DNA from: Takakia lepidozioides
Lineage: Eukaryota > Plantae > Bryophyta
Direction of reading: 5' to 3'
Length of the DNA: 64,000 nt
Assembly: GCA_030704615.1 (NCBI GenBank)
Contig: CM060733.1
Span: forward strand, 30,194,001-30,258,000
In this document: in pieces, positions 26,571 to 38,790 of the stretch
Position numbering within the stretch: the stretch's first letter is position 1
Layout of the letters: every line of letters starts with the position of its first letter
Program-made: the position numbers and the translations under genes
The notes under the pieces: generated by a model
Database searches by the model: none
What the model saw: the letters and a program-made list of their open reading frames with translations, nothing else
Told to the model about the DNA's origin: nothing

Positions 26571-27085
26571 ATGGGGAATGGTTATCATTGACAGGGAACG
26601 ACTGTATGGGAACGACATCTGCAGAGGGAACGTGTTACTTCAGGGGTGACGGTTAGTTAGTTAGGTGGTTAGAATAGCTTGTGGGTAGATTAGGCAGGGC
26701 GGCAACAGGAAGTGGATCACTTCTTGAGGAGCGCAACTTGGTCAGGGGAGGAAGAGACAAAACGGAAAGCGGAAACAGTGAAGAGGAGATGATGACTTGA
26801 TTGAGGCTTAATTCATGCAAGCTGTAGAATCATACAATAGGGTAGATTAGGGACACCGTGGCATTGGCCTGATACCTGATTAATCTTAATCTGATACTTA
26901 ATCGATACAATCATATTGTGTAGAGAGACATGAGAGAAGCTGTGGAATGAATGAATGTTTGATTGGAACTTGGTAGATACTGAAGCAATCTGATGCTTCA
27001 GTATACACAGTACGATAAATTGAGAACATGAAGACAAGAAAGAATACAAATAGGAAGCACAACCATGATTCACTAGCTGTAGGTC

Positions 27086-28940
27086 ATGACTGATTGTTCT
27101 GAGCGGGTTGAGTGCTTAGAGATATCCAACTCTTCTATCTTGGAGTTTCCACCTCGGATAGCAAAGGGATGGGTGAGTAAAAGCCGCTCGACATTTGGCG
27201 ACCATACTGGGGAACTGGGTCATGAACAACCAGATGTGACAGGCATCTGGTGGGATCATGGTGGTTGGAGAATTAAAGAATTTGATGTGAATCAAATTCC
27301 CTGTGGAACTGAGGAGGAAAGATTGTCCAAACAATTCTTTCAGAGGTTCTTGGAATTGCCAGACGGTTGTAAAGAAAACATTCTTAAGAGAGTACATGAT
27401 GCTGATCCTGAGTGGGGTCTGGAGAAAGGAGTGATAAAGATTTATCAAGTGGCCTGTAGAGGAAAAGCACGTTGGTTACCAACACTGGTTTATGTGATAG
27501 CATTGCTATCCATTAAGCGAGTGGAGTTTGAAGGCTGGGAGGAAAGGAAAGTGAATGTTTACACTCATATGCACAAAGAGCTTGTACTGGTAAAGAATTG
27601 GATTCCTAAAGATATTCTGTGGATCAAACTCACACCAAGAACAGCTTTTCAGACTTGTTTGCCATATGGTTATATGGTAACGGAGACTTCTAGTATAGCC
27701 AGGGGTGCATTGAAGCTTGAAAGAAATCCAGGCATATACGAGAGATACTACAGGAGAGAGTTTTGGTTATTGCCTCATTGAAGATATGAAAGACATGGGA
27801 CACATGAGTGATGAAAGAGAAGCTAGACTCCAGAGATATTCAACAAAGAGGGAAAGTTATCTGAAAGCTAATTATCCATATCTTTGGGAGAGAGGAATAG
27901 ACATAGGGGAATCATCTGGACCTCTCACACCATTAAGATCAGAGAGTACATCACCCATACCAAAAGAACTAGAGTTGGATGCCACTCCTTCTTATTCTTT
28001 GCAAGAAAGATTAAGGGAATTGGTATAGGAAGAAGATCAACTACGAGGTGAAAGATCTAAGGTACATCCCTCGATAAAAGATTTGACAAAAATCTTTGAT
28101 AAGAGTTGGCATGGAATACCAAAAGCAGGAACTCCAGTTTCTGAAACGGAAGACAAAGAAGGAGGAGAGGATGTGGCAGAGCCAACAGAGAGTTCAGACT
28201 CTCCAACACCATTGCAATTGAGTTACATGAGTGAAGAAGAAGAAACCCAAGGGCAGAACTTGGAAGATGAAAACAGAGAGAAGAAATGGGAAGATGAAGA
28301 GTATGAAGAAGTAGACCCAACAGCTGAGGTTGAGACTACAACCAGGACATCCCAACCCGTTGGACCTGGATCAAGTGGAGCACTTGGATCACAGGCCAAC
28401 GAAGGTGTCGGCTCAGGGGGATCAGGCAGGTAGCCTGGATCTGGCTTTGGGGGGATAGGGAGTGTAGGAAGTAGTGCAACTGGAGTTGGGAATACTGTAA
28501 ATATAGTGGGGCCAGTAGCAGGGAGTGCATAGGGGCCAGCACTTGGTGGAAGTTCCACCACAACTATAACAGGTTCTCAAGGACCAACTCCAGCAAGGGG
28601 GCCAGCACCTGTCAGTGGGCAGGGGGTAGGGCCACAGATGGCATTACAACCAACACGGGCAAAACCACCTTTTCCAATATATTCAGGAAAAAATGATCCT
28701 GATGTACACGTTAGCCAATTTGAGCACATGTGTATTGTAAACAATGAGAATGGCGATGATGCCAAGATGAGACTATTTCCTTGTTCACTTATAAAGAAAG
28801 CAAGTGAATGGTATGCAAGATTCCCTGATAATCATTTCCTAACTTGGAATGGCTTAAATACAACATTCCGAAATAGGTTCAGGACAAGTAAAACTGAGGA
28901 TGAAGTGTATGGAAGTTTACAACAGTTAAAGCAAAAGAAG
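27086..28940 (+). pseudogene. gag: 5' part of gag with a long N-terminal extension
   Basis: 27717, 28083 and 28638 ORFs share one frame separated by TAG stops, with one frameshift to the 27086 ORF; ends in Retrotrans_gag-like YSGKNDPDVHVSQF..LFPCSL..ASEWY..TW..L..F..RF..LQQLKQKK. Confidence 0.75.
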
Positions 28941-29025
28941 GGGGGCTGCTATTTCATGAGCCATGAGCCATGAGCGGCATGAGCCATGAGCAGAGTCGTA
29001 AGTGTGGAAAAAAACATGAGCAGCA
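28941..29025 (+). repeat. Left TIR with CATGAGC iterons
   Basis: GGGGGCTGCTATTTCATGAGCCATGAGCCATGAGCGGCATGAGCCATGAGC. Confidence 0.9.
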
Positions 29026-29403
29026 CTATTTTCCGGAAATGAGTGTCCGCGGGAATAGGGTTTAGGGTGCCACGGTCATAGGGGGAGAAGGACCTCCTGA
29101 TGAAGGAGGTTCGGCAATGTTATTTAGAATTATATATTGAAAGGCAATGTTTCGCGAATGGTAGGGTGGTACTGCTCTGTACAATGGGGGCCCATTTCAG
29201 CCTACCAGCCATTTGCAAAATTCACCCACACTCCCAATCCCAAACGAAATGAGCAATGACGCATTCTCGGAACGATGGACACAGAATAGAATAAAAAGAG
29301 GGCACAATGAGGTTTTTATTGATCCACATGAATTGCATTTGAAGCACGTCTACTGTGCTGATTGTGCCCTCAAATCTTGAGCCCTGTGCCTACTGAATAC
29401 AAG

Positions 29404-30234
29404 TCACGTTGTCAATGGGACTTCGACTGCTCTCAGAACTAGCTCATGAGTCCTGGGGCTCCTCCATGTAAAGTCGATTGCAGCCGTTGTACCGCCCCTA
29501 GTGATGTTCACCACAATGCCCTGCCCTTCAATCATACCACCATCGAATATGGAAATCTTCACGTTTTCGTCGTCCACACCAATGCGAATGTCCCCATACA
29601 ATGGAGAAGAGGAGCGCACTCCTCGAGGAGAATAGGTCTCTCCGATGGAGTCCACCCACGTCCAGTGGCAGCAGTTCCACCGCAACAGCATAGCAGTGCG
29701 CCTTCTTCTGCATGGGTGACCGTCGTAGCTGGGAAAATCGGAATCGAGGATGCGCAGGAGCCACGGACTCCTCAAACCAAGATCGTCACCCCGCTCGAAG
29801 GCGTAGTGGCCTACGATATACTCAAAAGCCACCAATGTTTCCACAATCGAACCAGTATCTTCTGTGTAATCTGTGTACCAGATAACAATGTCTCCCGATG
29901 TGGCCGAATACATTGCATAATCGATGCCTCCAAAGGGGCAGTCGTCCCGGTTCCGGAAGCACGGCATCCTTGCAAAGGAGGACCTGAGGACGACTTGGAT
30001 GTCGATGACCTTGCGGACAGCTACGAAGCCCTTAGATTTTGGAAATGATACGAAGCGGAAGAGCAGTCCGGCCTCCAATAATGGAGCATCTGGGTCACAC
30101 GTACCCACCGACGGAGGTGGAACGTGTTCATCACGCCAGCGGTGGATGAACCCATACATCTTTCTCATCATCAAGTTATAGTTTGAGATCTGCCACCGAA
30201 GTCCATCCCCCCGGATGGAAATTCGGCGCCGCAT
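29404..30234 (-). CDS. Hypothetical 276-aa transposon cargo protein, no recognisable domain
   Basis: Long uninterrupted ORF with globular-looking composition inside the element; true start and upstream exons uncertain. Confidence 0.45.
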   Translation of the reverse strand: MRRRISIRGDGLRWQISNYNLMMRKMYGFIHRWRDEHVPPPSVGTCDPDAPLLEAGLLFRFVSFPKSKGFVAVRKVIDIQVVLRSSFARMPCFRNRDDCPFGGIDYAMYSATSGDIVIWYTDYTEDTGSIVETLVAFEYIVGHYAFERGDDLGLRSPWLLRILDSDFPSYDGHPCRRRRTAMLLRWNCCHWTWVDSIGETYSPRGVRSSSPLYGDIRIGVDDENVKISIFDGGMIEGQGIVVNITRGGTTAAIDFTWRSPRTHELVLRAVEVPLTT

Positions 30235-30649
30235 TTACATCGAAGAGGGGATGGACTTCGTCGTGTCCAGTGGCTATCGGCCCACCTGGCAGTGACTGCC
30301 CATAGTTTGCATGGCAGGGTAGGAAACTGAAACGGCTACATTCATGCAGCAACCAATCTTCATCGGTCCAGGATCCTGTAGGGGGGAAATTTAAATGTGC
30401 CCTGGAGTGTTTGTGAGGAATTGCAGCGTTAGCTTGAACTTTTTCCAGCCACCGCGCTGCTGCTCCTCCATCCGGGAGCTGCTGTCATTGATCGTACTCC
30501 GCTACTCTTTTTCAAGGATGTCGGAATTGGCCCACTGTTTACAATTTGATGTCTCATTTCTACAATGTGTCTGTCCGGATGAATATAGCAGAGTAACCGG
30601 TATGTGAGTCATGTGTCAAGAATATACCAGAGTAACGCCATGTCGGACA

Positions 30650-31385
30650 TCGAAATGCGGCACCGCATTTCGGTGCCGACATGGAAATGCGGCGCCGCAT
30701 TTCGGTGCCGACATGGAAATGCGGTGCATCATTTCCGTCCAGGTACACGAAATACCAACACGGGTCTATAAATTGATCAGAAAACGAGGTTGGCATTGCA
30801 AATGCGGCGACGCATTTCCAGCTTGGCAATGGAAACTTCTTTTTGGACAAGGGAATGCGGTGCCGCATTTCCGTACAACACTTCGAAAAGTGGGACATTT
30901 CCGACCAGCGCGATGGAATGCGTTACCGCATTTCCGAGAGAGGGTCTGCAGATGGACAAATTGCGATGTCCGTTCTGGAAATGCGGCGCCGCATTTCCAT
31001 GTCCGTCATCGACTTTTTTTTAACAATGGAATGCGCTGCCAATTTTTTGCTGATGGGCCTACAGTTCGAACAACGACCATCCCCAATACTGAAATGCGGC
31101 ACCGCATTTTCAATCCCGCCATGTCGACCTCCTTGTTCGACCTCGTTGTTCGACCTCTATAAGCGTGGTGGCATCCATGCAATGAGTGGGAGAGGCCAAA
31201 ACTGGCATGTGGACAAAGGAAATTTTGGAAATGCGGCACCGCATTTCCAATTCAGATTACTTTTTACTATGCCAACATTGAAATGGAAAATTTAGTCCCT
31301 CCCCTGTTTTGGAAATGCGGTGCCGCATTTCGAAAAGAGGTTCTTAGAGTTCCCCTGTTTTGGAAATGCGGTGCCCCATTTCCGA
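30650..31385. repeat. Irregular cluster of ~10-12 GAAATGCGGYRCCGCATTTC palindromes
   Basis: Copies near 30652, 30683, 30799, 30852, 30977, 31091, 31227, 31311 and 31361. Confidence 0.85.
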
Positions 31386-31554
31386 TTTTGGGAGCGTCGT
31401 GGTTTGGGCGATTGTGTGGCTGGAATGCACACTGGAGAGGGGTCACGAATGTCGGGCAGAATTTCCTTTATATACTCTGGAAGAGAATTTACATTTACAG
31501 AGACTTCATTAAAATTCTATTAATCTTGAAAATCATCCGAATCCTCATCCTGTT

Positions 31555-34500
31555 CTAGACTGTCCTGCTCCTCCTCCCCCCCTCAGTGCCTCTCTCATCT
31601 CCAGCGGACTGCTCGTTGGCCAGGCTTTCGAAAATCCCATCTTCCCCTTGCGGAACTGTCCATCTCACCTCCGTTGGGTCGTCTTCCTCCCTGTCTGCGT
31701 CGCTCTCATCCGCTGAATCACATATGTACTTTCGTACCCGTCTACCTGTCTGAGCTGCTGCCAACTCTTTCCTTATCCTTCTGTCCTCCCTAGCCCTCTC
31801 CAAAATCTGCTCTACTTTACTGGGATTCTCACTTCTTCTAATCGCTGTATTTGCGAGTTTAGCTGCATAACTAGGAAGGGAGTAGTCCCTCACCGGGCTC
31901 GTCATGAAATCGGCCCTCGCAAAGAACGGGACATTCTTCCTGGCAGGAAGTGTAGGCCCTACATGTTTCGACCCGGACCCTGCAATCCTGCACATGACAA
32001 TCATCAACGAGACTAATGAGAACCACAGTCGGGAAATTCGTTTGACATAAATGACCCAGAAGGCTTTGCAAACTTACAATGTTTGCACTCACTCGTATTC
32101 CGGGTTCTCCTCCGCATCAATGTCCACTGTGTCTTCCTCGGACTCCGACGAATCCGAGGAGACTTCCGCTCTGTTGGGAGCCTTCACATTCCGTTGCAGC
32201 CCCTCCAGATGGGATCCCCACACGGATGAATCCTCCTCGTAGGCAAAGAGGTGCCGGTCGGAAAACCGCCCAGCCCACATTGAGGCACCTGTTACAATGC
32301 CATCCACACATTACCACATGGCGCTTCAGATGTTGCAAACTACATCCTAACGAGAATTTGCAGAACAGCAGAGATCAAGATTTTGCATACCTGTCCCACA
32401 GATGAGGTCGAGCACTGTGCCCTCCACGTCTGTGCATGTCTCCATAATTGTCTGAATGAAGGCAGGGCTCCGAGTCCGTGAGTACCGCAGGGGTTCCGTT
32501 GAAGTGAGGCTATAAGGGAGAAGTTCCTTGGGAACGTTGTTGAACAGAACGTCGTAATCGAGTGGGTCGCAGTTCGGGTCAACCTTTCCTCCCTCCTTCC
32601 GGAAAGCAAAGGTGGAGTTCTCCTTCACAAAGCAGTATACATCGAACTGCTTCGTCTGCATACACAGGGGGAAAACGATTAGAAACCGAATGCGGCACCG
32701 CATTTGAAAACACCCAAGCAAATGAAAGGACGAGTGCCAGTGTCGTAATCACCTTCTTCCCTTCCGACCGAAGGCCCAGTGTGTTGATGCACGTCCACTT
32801 CTTTTTCAGAATCGGGACGGCGCTCTTGCGGGTCCACTTCGCAATTCCTGTCTGAGTGTTTTTTCCTCTGCTCGCCAGGACAACCACACAGCCTCTGTCG
32901 TCCAACACCATGCGGGCAAGCCCGAATCCTTTCTTCCAAAAGTCCTCCGAGTACCTGTTCCAAGATGGCAAAGCTTGCAGTCCTTCCACAGGCTCTCCGT
33001 CCGGAATATCCAAGATGATCATATCGCAAGACCACTCGGTGGCATTTCCGCCCCTCCTACAATCCTTGTCTGCACACACCCTCTCAAAGAACGAGACCAT
33101 ATTCTGAAATCCTGGGGTGTCGGAAGGCTCTTCGGCAGTCGCCTTCTTCAGTGCTCTGCCCTTCAGACCCTCCATGGTCTTCAGGTATGCCAACTTGGCT
33201 GCCCGTCCATCCAAAGCCGCCAAGAAACTCTCATTTACACACTGGACTACAGTTTCGGGAGCCACTTTCGGCCTCTTCATTTCCACCGGCTCGAAAGGGT
33301 GCCCCCCTGGGGGTTGAAGAGTGCCTTCTTTGCCGAGCCACTTCTCGTGCCTCTCATGACAACGGTGAGCACAGGGGAGGCAGCCTGCGTTTGGGGGGGT
33401 GGGCTGGTTGCAAAGTCTCCATCGGAGTCCTCTTCCTCACCCTCTTCCTGAACAGGCTGTTTCTGCTTCTTCGTTTTGGCGGGTGTCACAACAGCTGCTC
33501 CTTGCTGGCGAGTCCTCTTCTTCGACCCTTTCTGTTGGGCCTGCACAGCTGCATCCACCGTCTTTTGTGCCATCTCAGCTGCCTTTCTGGATTCTTCCAG
33601 AGCAGCAGATTCCTTTGCCGACTTTGGCCCAGCAGGGACACGTCTTTCCTTTCTCTTCTCTTCTGCCAAGGCGTGCAGATCTTTCTCAGACTCGTCAACA
33701 ATACCGCCAGACATGTCCAGGTACCACGGGCATCCAACGAGATGCGTGGATGCCATTGTTTCTGCATCTCGGGTGTGTAGACACAGCTTGGGCCCGCCAC
33801 GGTCCAAGCCATGAAGAAGGGGGCTCTTGAGCCAGGGCCCCTGTCTGAAGGAGCACGTATTTCATATACCTGCAAGGCAGTCAGCATGCGTGAGCAAAAC
33901 TTGAGACCAACCTACTGGCAGAGTGCCACCGAAAACATGAAATGCGAATGCGGTGCCGCATTTCCGAGACAAACCTCGTAACCAGGCTTCGCATACAAGG
34001 GCAGCTGTGCTTCACCTGTAAACAATTCGCATTGCAGCTTTCCCCGCTCCCTCCTGATGTGTAAACTCCACGCTCCTTCTTGCTGTCTGTAGCTCTCTGG
34101 CGAAAAGGTTGTCCTTGTACGCACATCTGAAACGTGTCACGTAGTCTTCCAATGTCTGTGTTCCATCCCATTTGACGTACAAGCCGAACGAATTTGTGTG
34201 CATTACGACTTGCTCCTTCGCATTCGACATTACCTGCGATTCCCAAATGCATTGTCACGTAGCAGTTCAGGGAATTCATTTAGAAAAGCAAATCTGGGGA
34301 AGTACCTTGAATTACCTGGAACCACCAAGTCATGCGGTTGAGCCACACATCCACTGCAGGGTCGGAAACTTCGAGTGGAAAAGACCACATTGTCCTTATG
34401 CTCTCGGATGCATTCCAGATCGACAGCCACCGTGTCTGCCATTTCCGATCCAATGTCAGGAGCTGGAGAGAGTGGCTATTGCTAGGAAGGAACTTCAGTG

Positions 34501-36723
34501 CATTGAAACCTCACCTTCTCTTTCGCCTCCACACATGCCGTGAGAGGTGTGCATGATGCATTTCTCCAATTGCATGGTCGGCTGCATGGCCCGAGAATAG
34601 TGTTTTGCAATCTCGGGGATGAAGTCCTTTCCAAGTGCCGGATCTGCAATTGCCACCAGCTTCACAAGCTTTGACTTGTATTTGGTTCTGGACTTGACAC
34701 CGGCTTCCCTCAAGTGCTCAGTCAATGACTGCAACGTTTTCACCCTGCCCCTCACTTTCCATGAAGAAGCGTTTGGCATGGGCCAAATCCAGCTTGATGT
34801 TTGACTGCCACAAAAACATGCAGAAGCGTTACATTCGATTCATGTGGAAACATTACTGAAAATTGGGGAAGGATGAGCAGAGGGAAATTGGAGGACGACT
34901 TACTTCGTATATCACCTCCACCATTCCATCCATAGTGAGACGATACCATGTCCGGTTTGTTTTTGCAACGGCTTTTCTGATGAGCTCGGGCTCCAGCATT
35001 TCCGCAACATCTGGGATCAGTAGTGAGACCAGTTTTTTCCTCACCATGTGTGCCATGTGGGTATGCACGTATGCATTTTCAGTGACCCTGCAAGGCACAC
35101 TCTCCAGTTCAGTACACGGAAGCACGGAAAGAAACCAGAATGGAAACCGAAATGCGGCACCGCATTTCGAATGTGCTAGGGAGGGTATGAAAGTATTTAC
35201 AGTCTGAGGTCCGCCATGGCATTCTTGAGCAGGGAGGAGTCTGCCGCCTTCACCTTGAGATGACACACTCCAAAACCATGTAATGCCAGCCAATGTGTTG
35301 GCATGGTTCTGCTTGATGTACTCCCCACCAGGCGAGAAGTCGGTGATTCCCGCCCACACAAAGAACATTTTAACCCGACATATGGCCGAAGTCGGGATCA
35401 CCCTCAGCGTCGCCTCGAATTCGTGGTTGCGAGTGTGCCAGTGGGTATCCCACGTTGACAATTCATCGGCAGTGGGTCCCACGAGTTTTCGCCGTCCTCA
35501 TTCTCAATGGAAACGTAAAACGCTGCCGATCCCAGACGTCCCCTTCTCGAAATGCGAACTTGAGCTTATCCACATCTCCGGGAAGGCCTGCCTGACGATG
35601 GGAAGGGAGACCATGCGACAGAGTGGGATTCGAAGAGTCCGCTGGAATACCCTGCTGCCCAGAACTCTGCCAATGCACTGTGGGTCTCTTCCAACATTTT
35701 ATCCGCTGCACTTTTGAAAGCCTCCGGAGACATGTCTGTAGGTGCCGGTAGTGGCTGAGCAGCTGGAGCATCCTCAACTGGAGCTGCACTCTGGGGCCTG
35801 TCTGCGGGCAATTCTGCCATTGCAGAGGCCTCCTCCGGGCCTGCTTGCTCATCGGTGGTGAGGTCTTGCTGCGAAAGTTGAGCGGCAGCACCCTCCTCCG
35901 GTACCAAATCGAGATCAACGGTCGATCCCATTGCCTTCGCTGCAGCAGAGTCGGCCCCAACATCTGCAGGCGGGAAATCCTCCAGGAACTGAGCTTCAGC
36001 TCGTGGAAGCGGTTTGCGGGAGATTGTTCGCCCGTCGCCCTGATTGCCTTCTGCTTCCTCATCCTTGCAGGTGAAGGTGTCTGCTGCAATTGAATCTGTC
36101 TTCTACCCTGCTGCTTCATTCGCGTTGGGGGGGGTGAATCGGCCTGAGCCGGTTCAGAAGCCAGTAGAGGGACGGGCTGCTTCTTCTTCGACTTTGCTGG
36201 AGAAGGGCCCGACCCCTGCTGGCGATTCTCCATGACCGAAGAACGCGAGTCGATCTCTGGGACTTTGAACTTGCCCTTCGAAGACGCGTCTTTGAATCGC
36301 AGAGGGCTAGGCCCGGCAGGAATACCCGCGCTCGGGGATCGGGTGGGTGTACGTGCTGCAGCTAGCTCCTCGGACTCTTCCTGCGGCTCTTCGGATTCCT
36401 GCGATCCCTCCAGCACGTCCACCTTTCCTGTTAGGCATGCAAACATGTTCTGCATTCAAGTCTCCTAGCATTCAGTCTAAGAATTACAGAAGCAAAATGG
36501 GGGGTTCGGTGCTCGATCAGCTGCGCGCAGCCCGATCGCATGGAGCTCTCACTGGTGGCTGGGTTGCCTGAGTGGCCTGCTGCTCGGAGATGGCAATCTC
36601 CTCCTGTAGACGCATCTGCTTCCTCCCCTTCGGCATTGGCCTACGTCCGAAGTATAATTTCCGGAGCTTGCGACGAGGTCTCCTGGCTGGTGCACGAACT
36701 CCCCCCCTCTCAGGATCGAGCAT
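31555..36723 (-). pseudogene. ParB/Srx-like + beta-class DNA amino-methyltransferase-like gene, paralogue B (multi-exon; ParB part frameshifted)
   Basis: RIPLCRMVSLPIVR and MFFVW-(D)GNHRLLAW recoverable with frameshifts (~35.3-35.6 kb); MIILDIPDG (~33.0 kb); RSPAFIQTIMETCT..TVLDLICGTG|ASMWAGRFSDRHLFAYEED (32.2-32.5 kb); introns at the same positions as paralogue A; start uncertain. Confidence 0.7.
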
Positions 36724-37069
36724 AAGAAGAACAGAGAGAGGAAAAAGGGCCAAAGAGTGCAGATGGAAAGGGCGCGAGAGGGGTGACTGAGGAGACACTA
36801 CAAAAGTAGATGAAACGGCGGTGATGCACCACTTGGGTTCGAAAGGGTTGGACGAAAGTGTCTCCTCGGGGAGTTTGCGTCATTACGAAATTCGAATCGT
36901 TGAGGGTACGCCTGCCGTCCGAAAAACAAACATCATTATCGAACGGTCAGGCCGCGCCGCCTCATGCCCCTTCAATCAGATAGAGTGCCGACATGTGCAG
37001 CAATTCCGTTGCTCCACGTGTTCACATTTCAAGGTATTTCCGTCCCAGCGTCTGATGAGTTGGAGCGAA

Positions 37070-38140
37070 AATGCGAATGCGGCGCCGCATTTCCGTTAAG
37101 TACCATCACTCTGCTACACATCCGTACTTGTTGGAAGGAAATGCGGCACCGCATTTCCGTTCCACCTTCACATACCTTAGTTTTTGAACGGAAATACGGT
37201 GCCGCATTTCCGTCCCACAGCTCCAAGTATGAGATTCAAAAGGGAAATGCGGCGCCGCATTTCCGTTCTGGAATGTCGAAAGGTGCGATTGGGACGGGAA
37301 TGAGGCACCACATTTCTGTTCCCGTGGTTCATGATTTTCAATGTGAACGGAAATGCGGTACCGCATTTCCGTTCCCACTTCACATCCGTTACATGATGAA
37401 TGGAAATGCCGTGCCACATTTCCGTTCAGGAAAGTATAGAGGTCTCACCTGGACAGAAATGCGGTGCCGCATTTCAGGTCCGGAAAGTTTGAAGGTCTCA
37501 CATGGATGGAAATGCTGCTACACATTTTCGTAGCACAGCTCCAGGCCCAATATACAAAACGGAAATGCGGCGCCGCATTTCCGTTCTAGAATGTCGGAAG
37601 GTGCGACTCGAACGGAAATGCGGTGCCGGATTTCGGTTCCCGTTGCGCACGATTTTCAGTCAGGATGGAAATGCGGTACCGCATTTCCGTTCTGTAGAGT
37701 ATTAACGTCTGACGCTGGCGGAAATGCCGTGCCGCATTTTCGTTCCACAGCTCCGTGCCTCACATACAAAACGAAAATGCGGCGCCGCATTTCCGTTTTG
37801 GAATGTCGGAAGGTGCGACTCCGACGGTAATGCGGTACCGCATTTCAGTTCCGAGGTTTCAGGATATTTCATCAGAACGGAAATGCGGTGCCGCATTTCC
37901 CTTTTGAATCTAATACATTCCGTTCTGGAATGTTGGGAAGTGCGACTCGGATGGAAATCCGTTGCCGCATTTCAGTTCCGACGGTTCACGATTTTCAGTC
38001 AGAACGGAAATGCGGTACCGCATTTCCGTTCTGGAATGTTGGCTGGTGCGACTCGGATGGAAATATGGTGCGGCATTTTAGTTCAGATTGTTCACGATTT
38101 TCAGTCAGAACGGAAATGCGTTGCCGCATTTCCGTTCTGG
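37070..38140. repeat. Array of ~20 palindromes at 53-bp period with variable spacers
   Basis: GGAAATGCGGYRCCGCATTTCC starts at 37561, 37614, 37667, 37720...; perfect 34-bp palindrome CAGAACGGAAATGCGGTACCGCATTTCCGTTCTG at 38000-38033. Confidence 0.95.
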
Positions 38141-38790
38141 ATAGTATGAATGTCTCAAGCGGTCGGAATTGCAACGACGCAATGGCGTGAGCGTTGCACG
38201 TGAGCGCGCGAGCGTACGCTCACGCAGGAGTGACGTGGCGTGAGCCTGCACACATGCTGACGTGGCGTGAGCGTCATGTCAGCATGCTGATGTGGCGGTA
38301 AATGATGACGTGGCACTGTCCGTCAACTGCCACGTCAGCATTAACATGCGCCGCCTATAACCGTGGATGGTCCTATGACCGTGGAATTAATGCAGGGAAT
38401 CTTGCCTAAATAGAATCAAGACGAGCGTTGAGGCCTACAATTGCAGCATCCAACATTGTGCAATTACAAATGTTTGTTTCACTTTTACAATTACGAAGAC
38501 GACAAAATATCCTCACAAAGTGTGCGCCATAAAGGCTGCCACGAGAAGACTTCTTCCCTCCTCAAATAACAATGAGAGTTATGATCATCTTCAAAAGATG
38601 ATTGTAGTGCATAGCGACAGCAAGACATGTAGACTTCGAAAGGTGCAATGACAAATGTGCACTACCTAAAAGTTGTCACTCAGACCTCACTCCGTATAGT
38701 TGGAGGCCATATCATTGCACAGCCGACGAATTGATGTGAATTACACATTTCAAATCATGGTCATCCACATACCACATTACATAGTTCATG

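Noticed and set aside
29057-29068. Telomeric repeat TAGGGTTTAGGG
   Set aside because: Fewer than two full units; at most a telo-box-like subterminal motif.
36964-38190. Many ORFs with EMRRRIS/KCGAAF/GNAAPHF peptides (also 30.6-31.5 and 49.4-50.5 kb)
   Set aside because: They are translations of the DNA palindrome in all six frames, not proteins.
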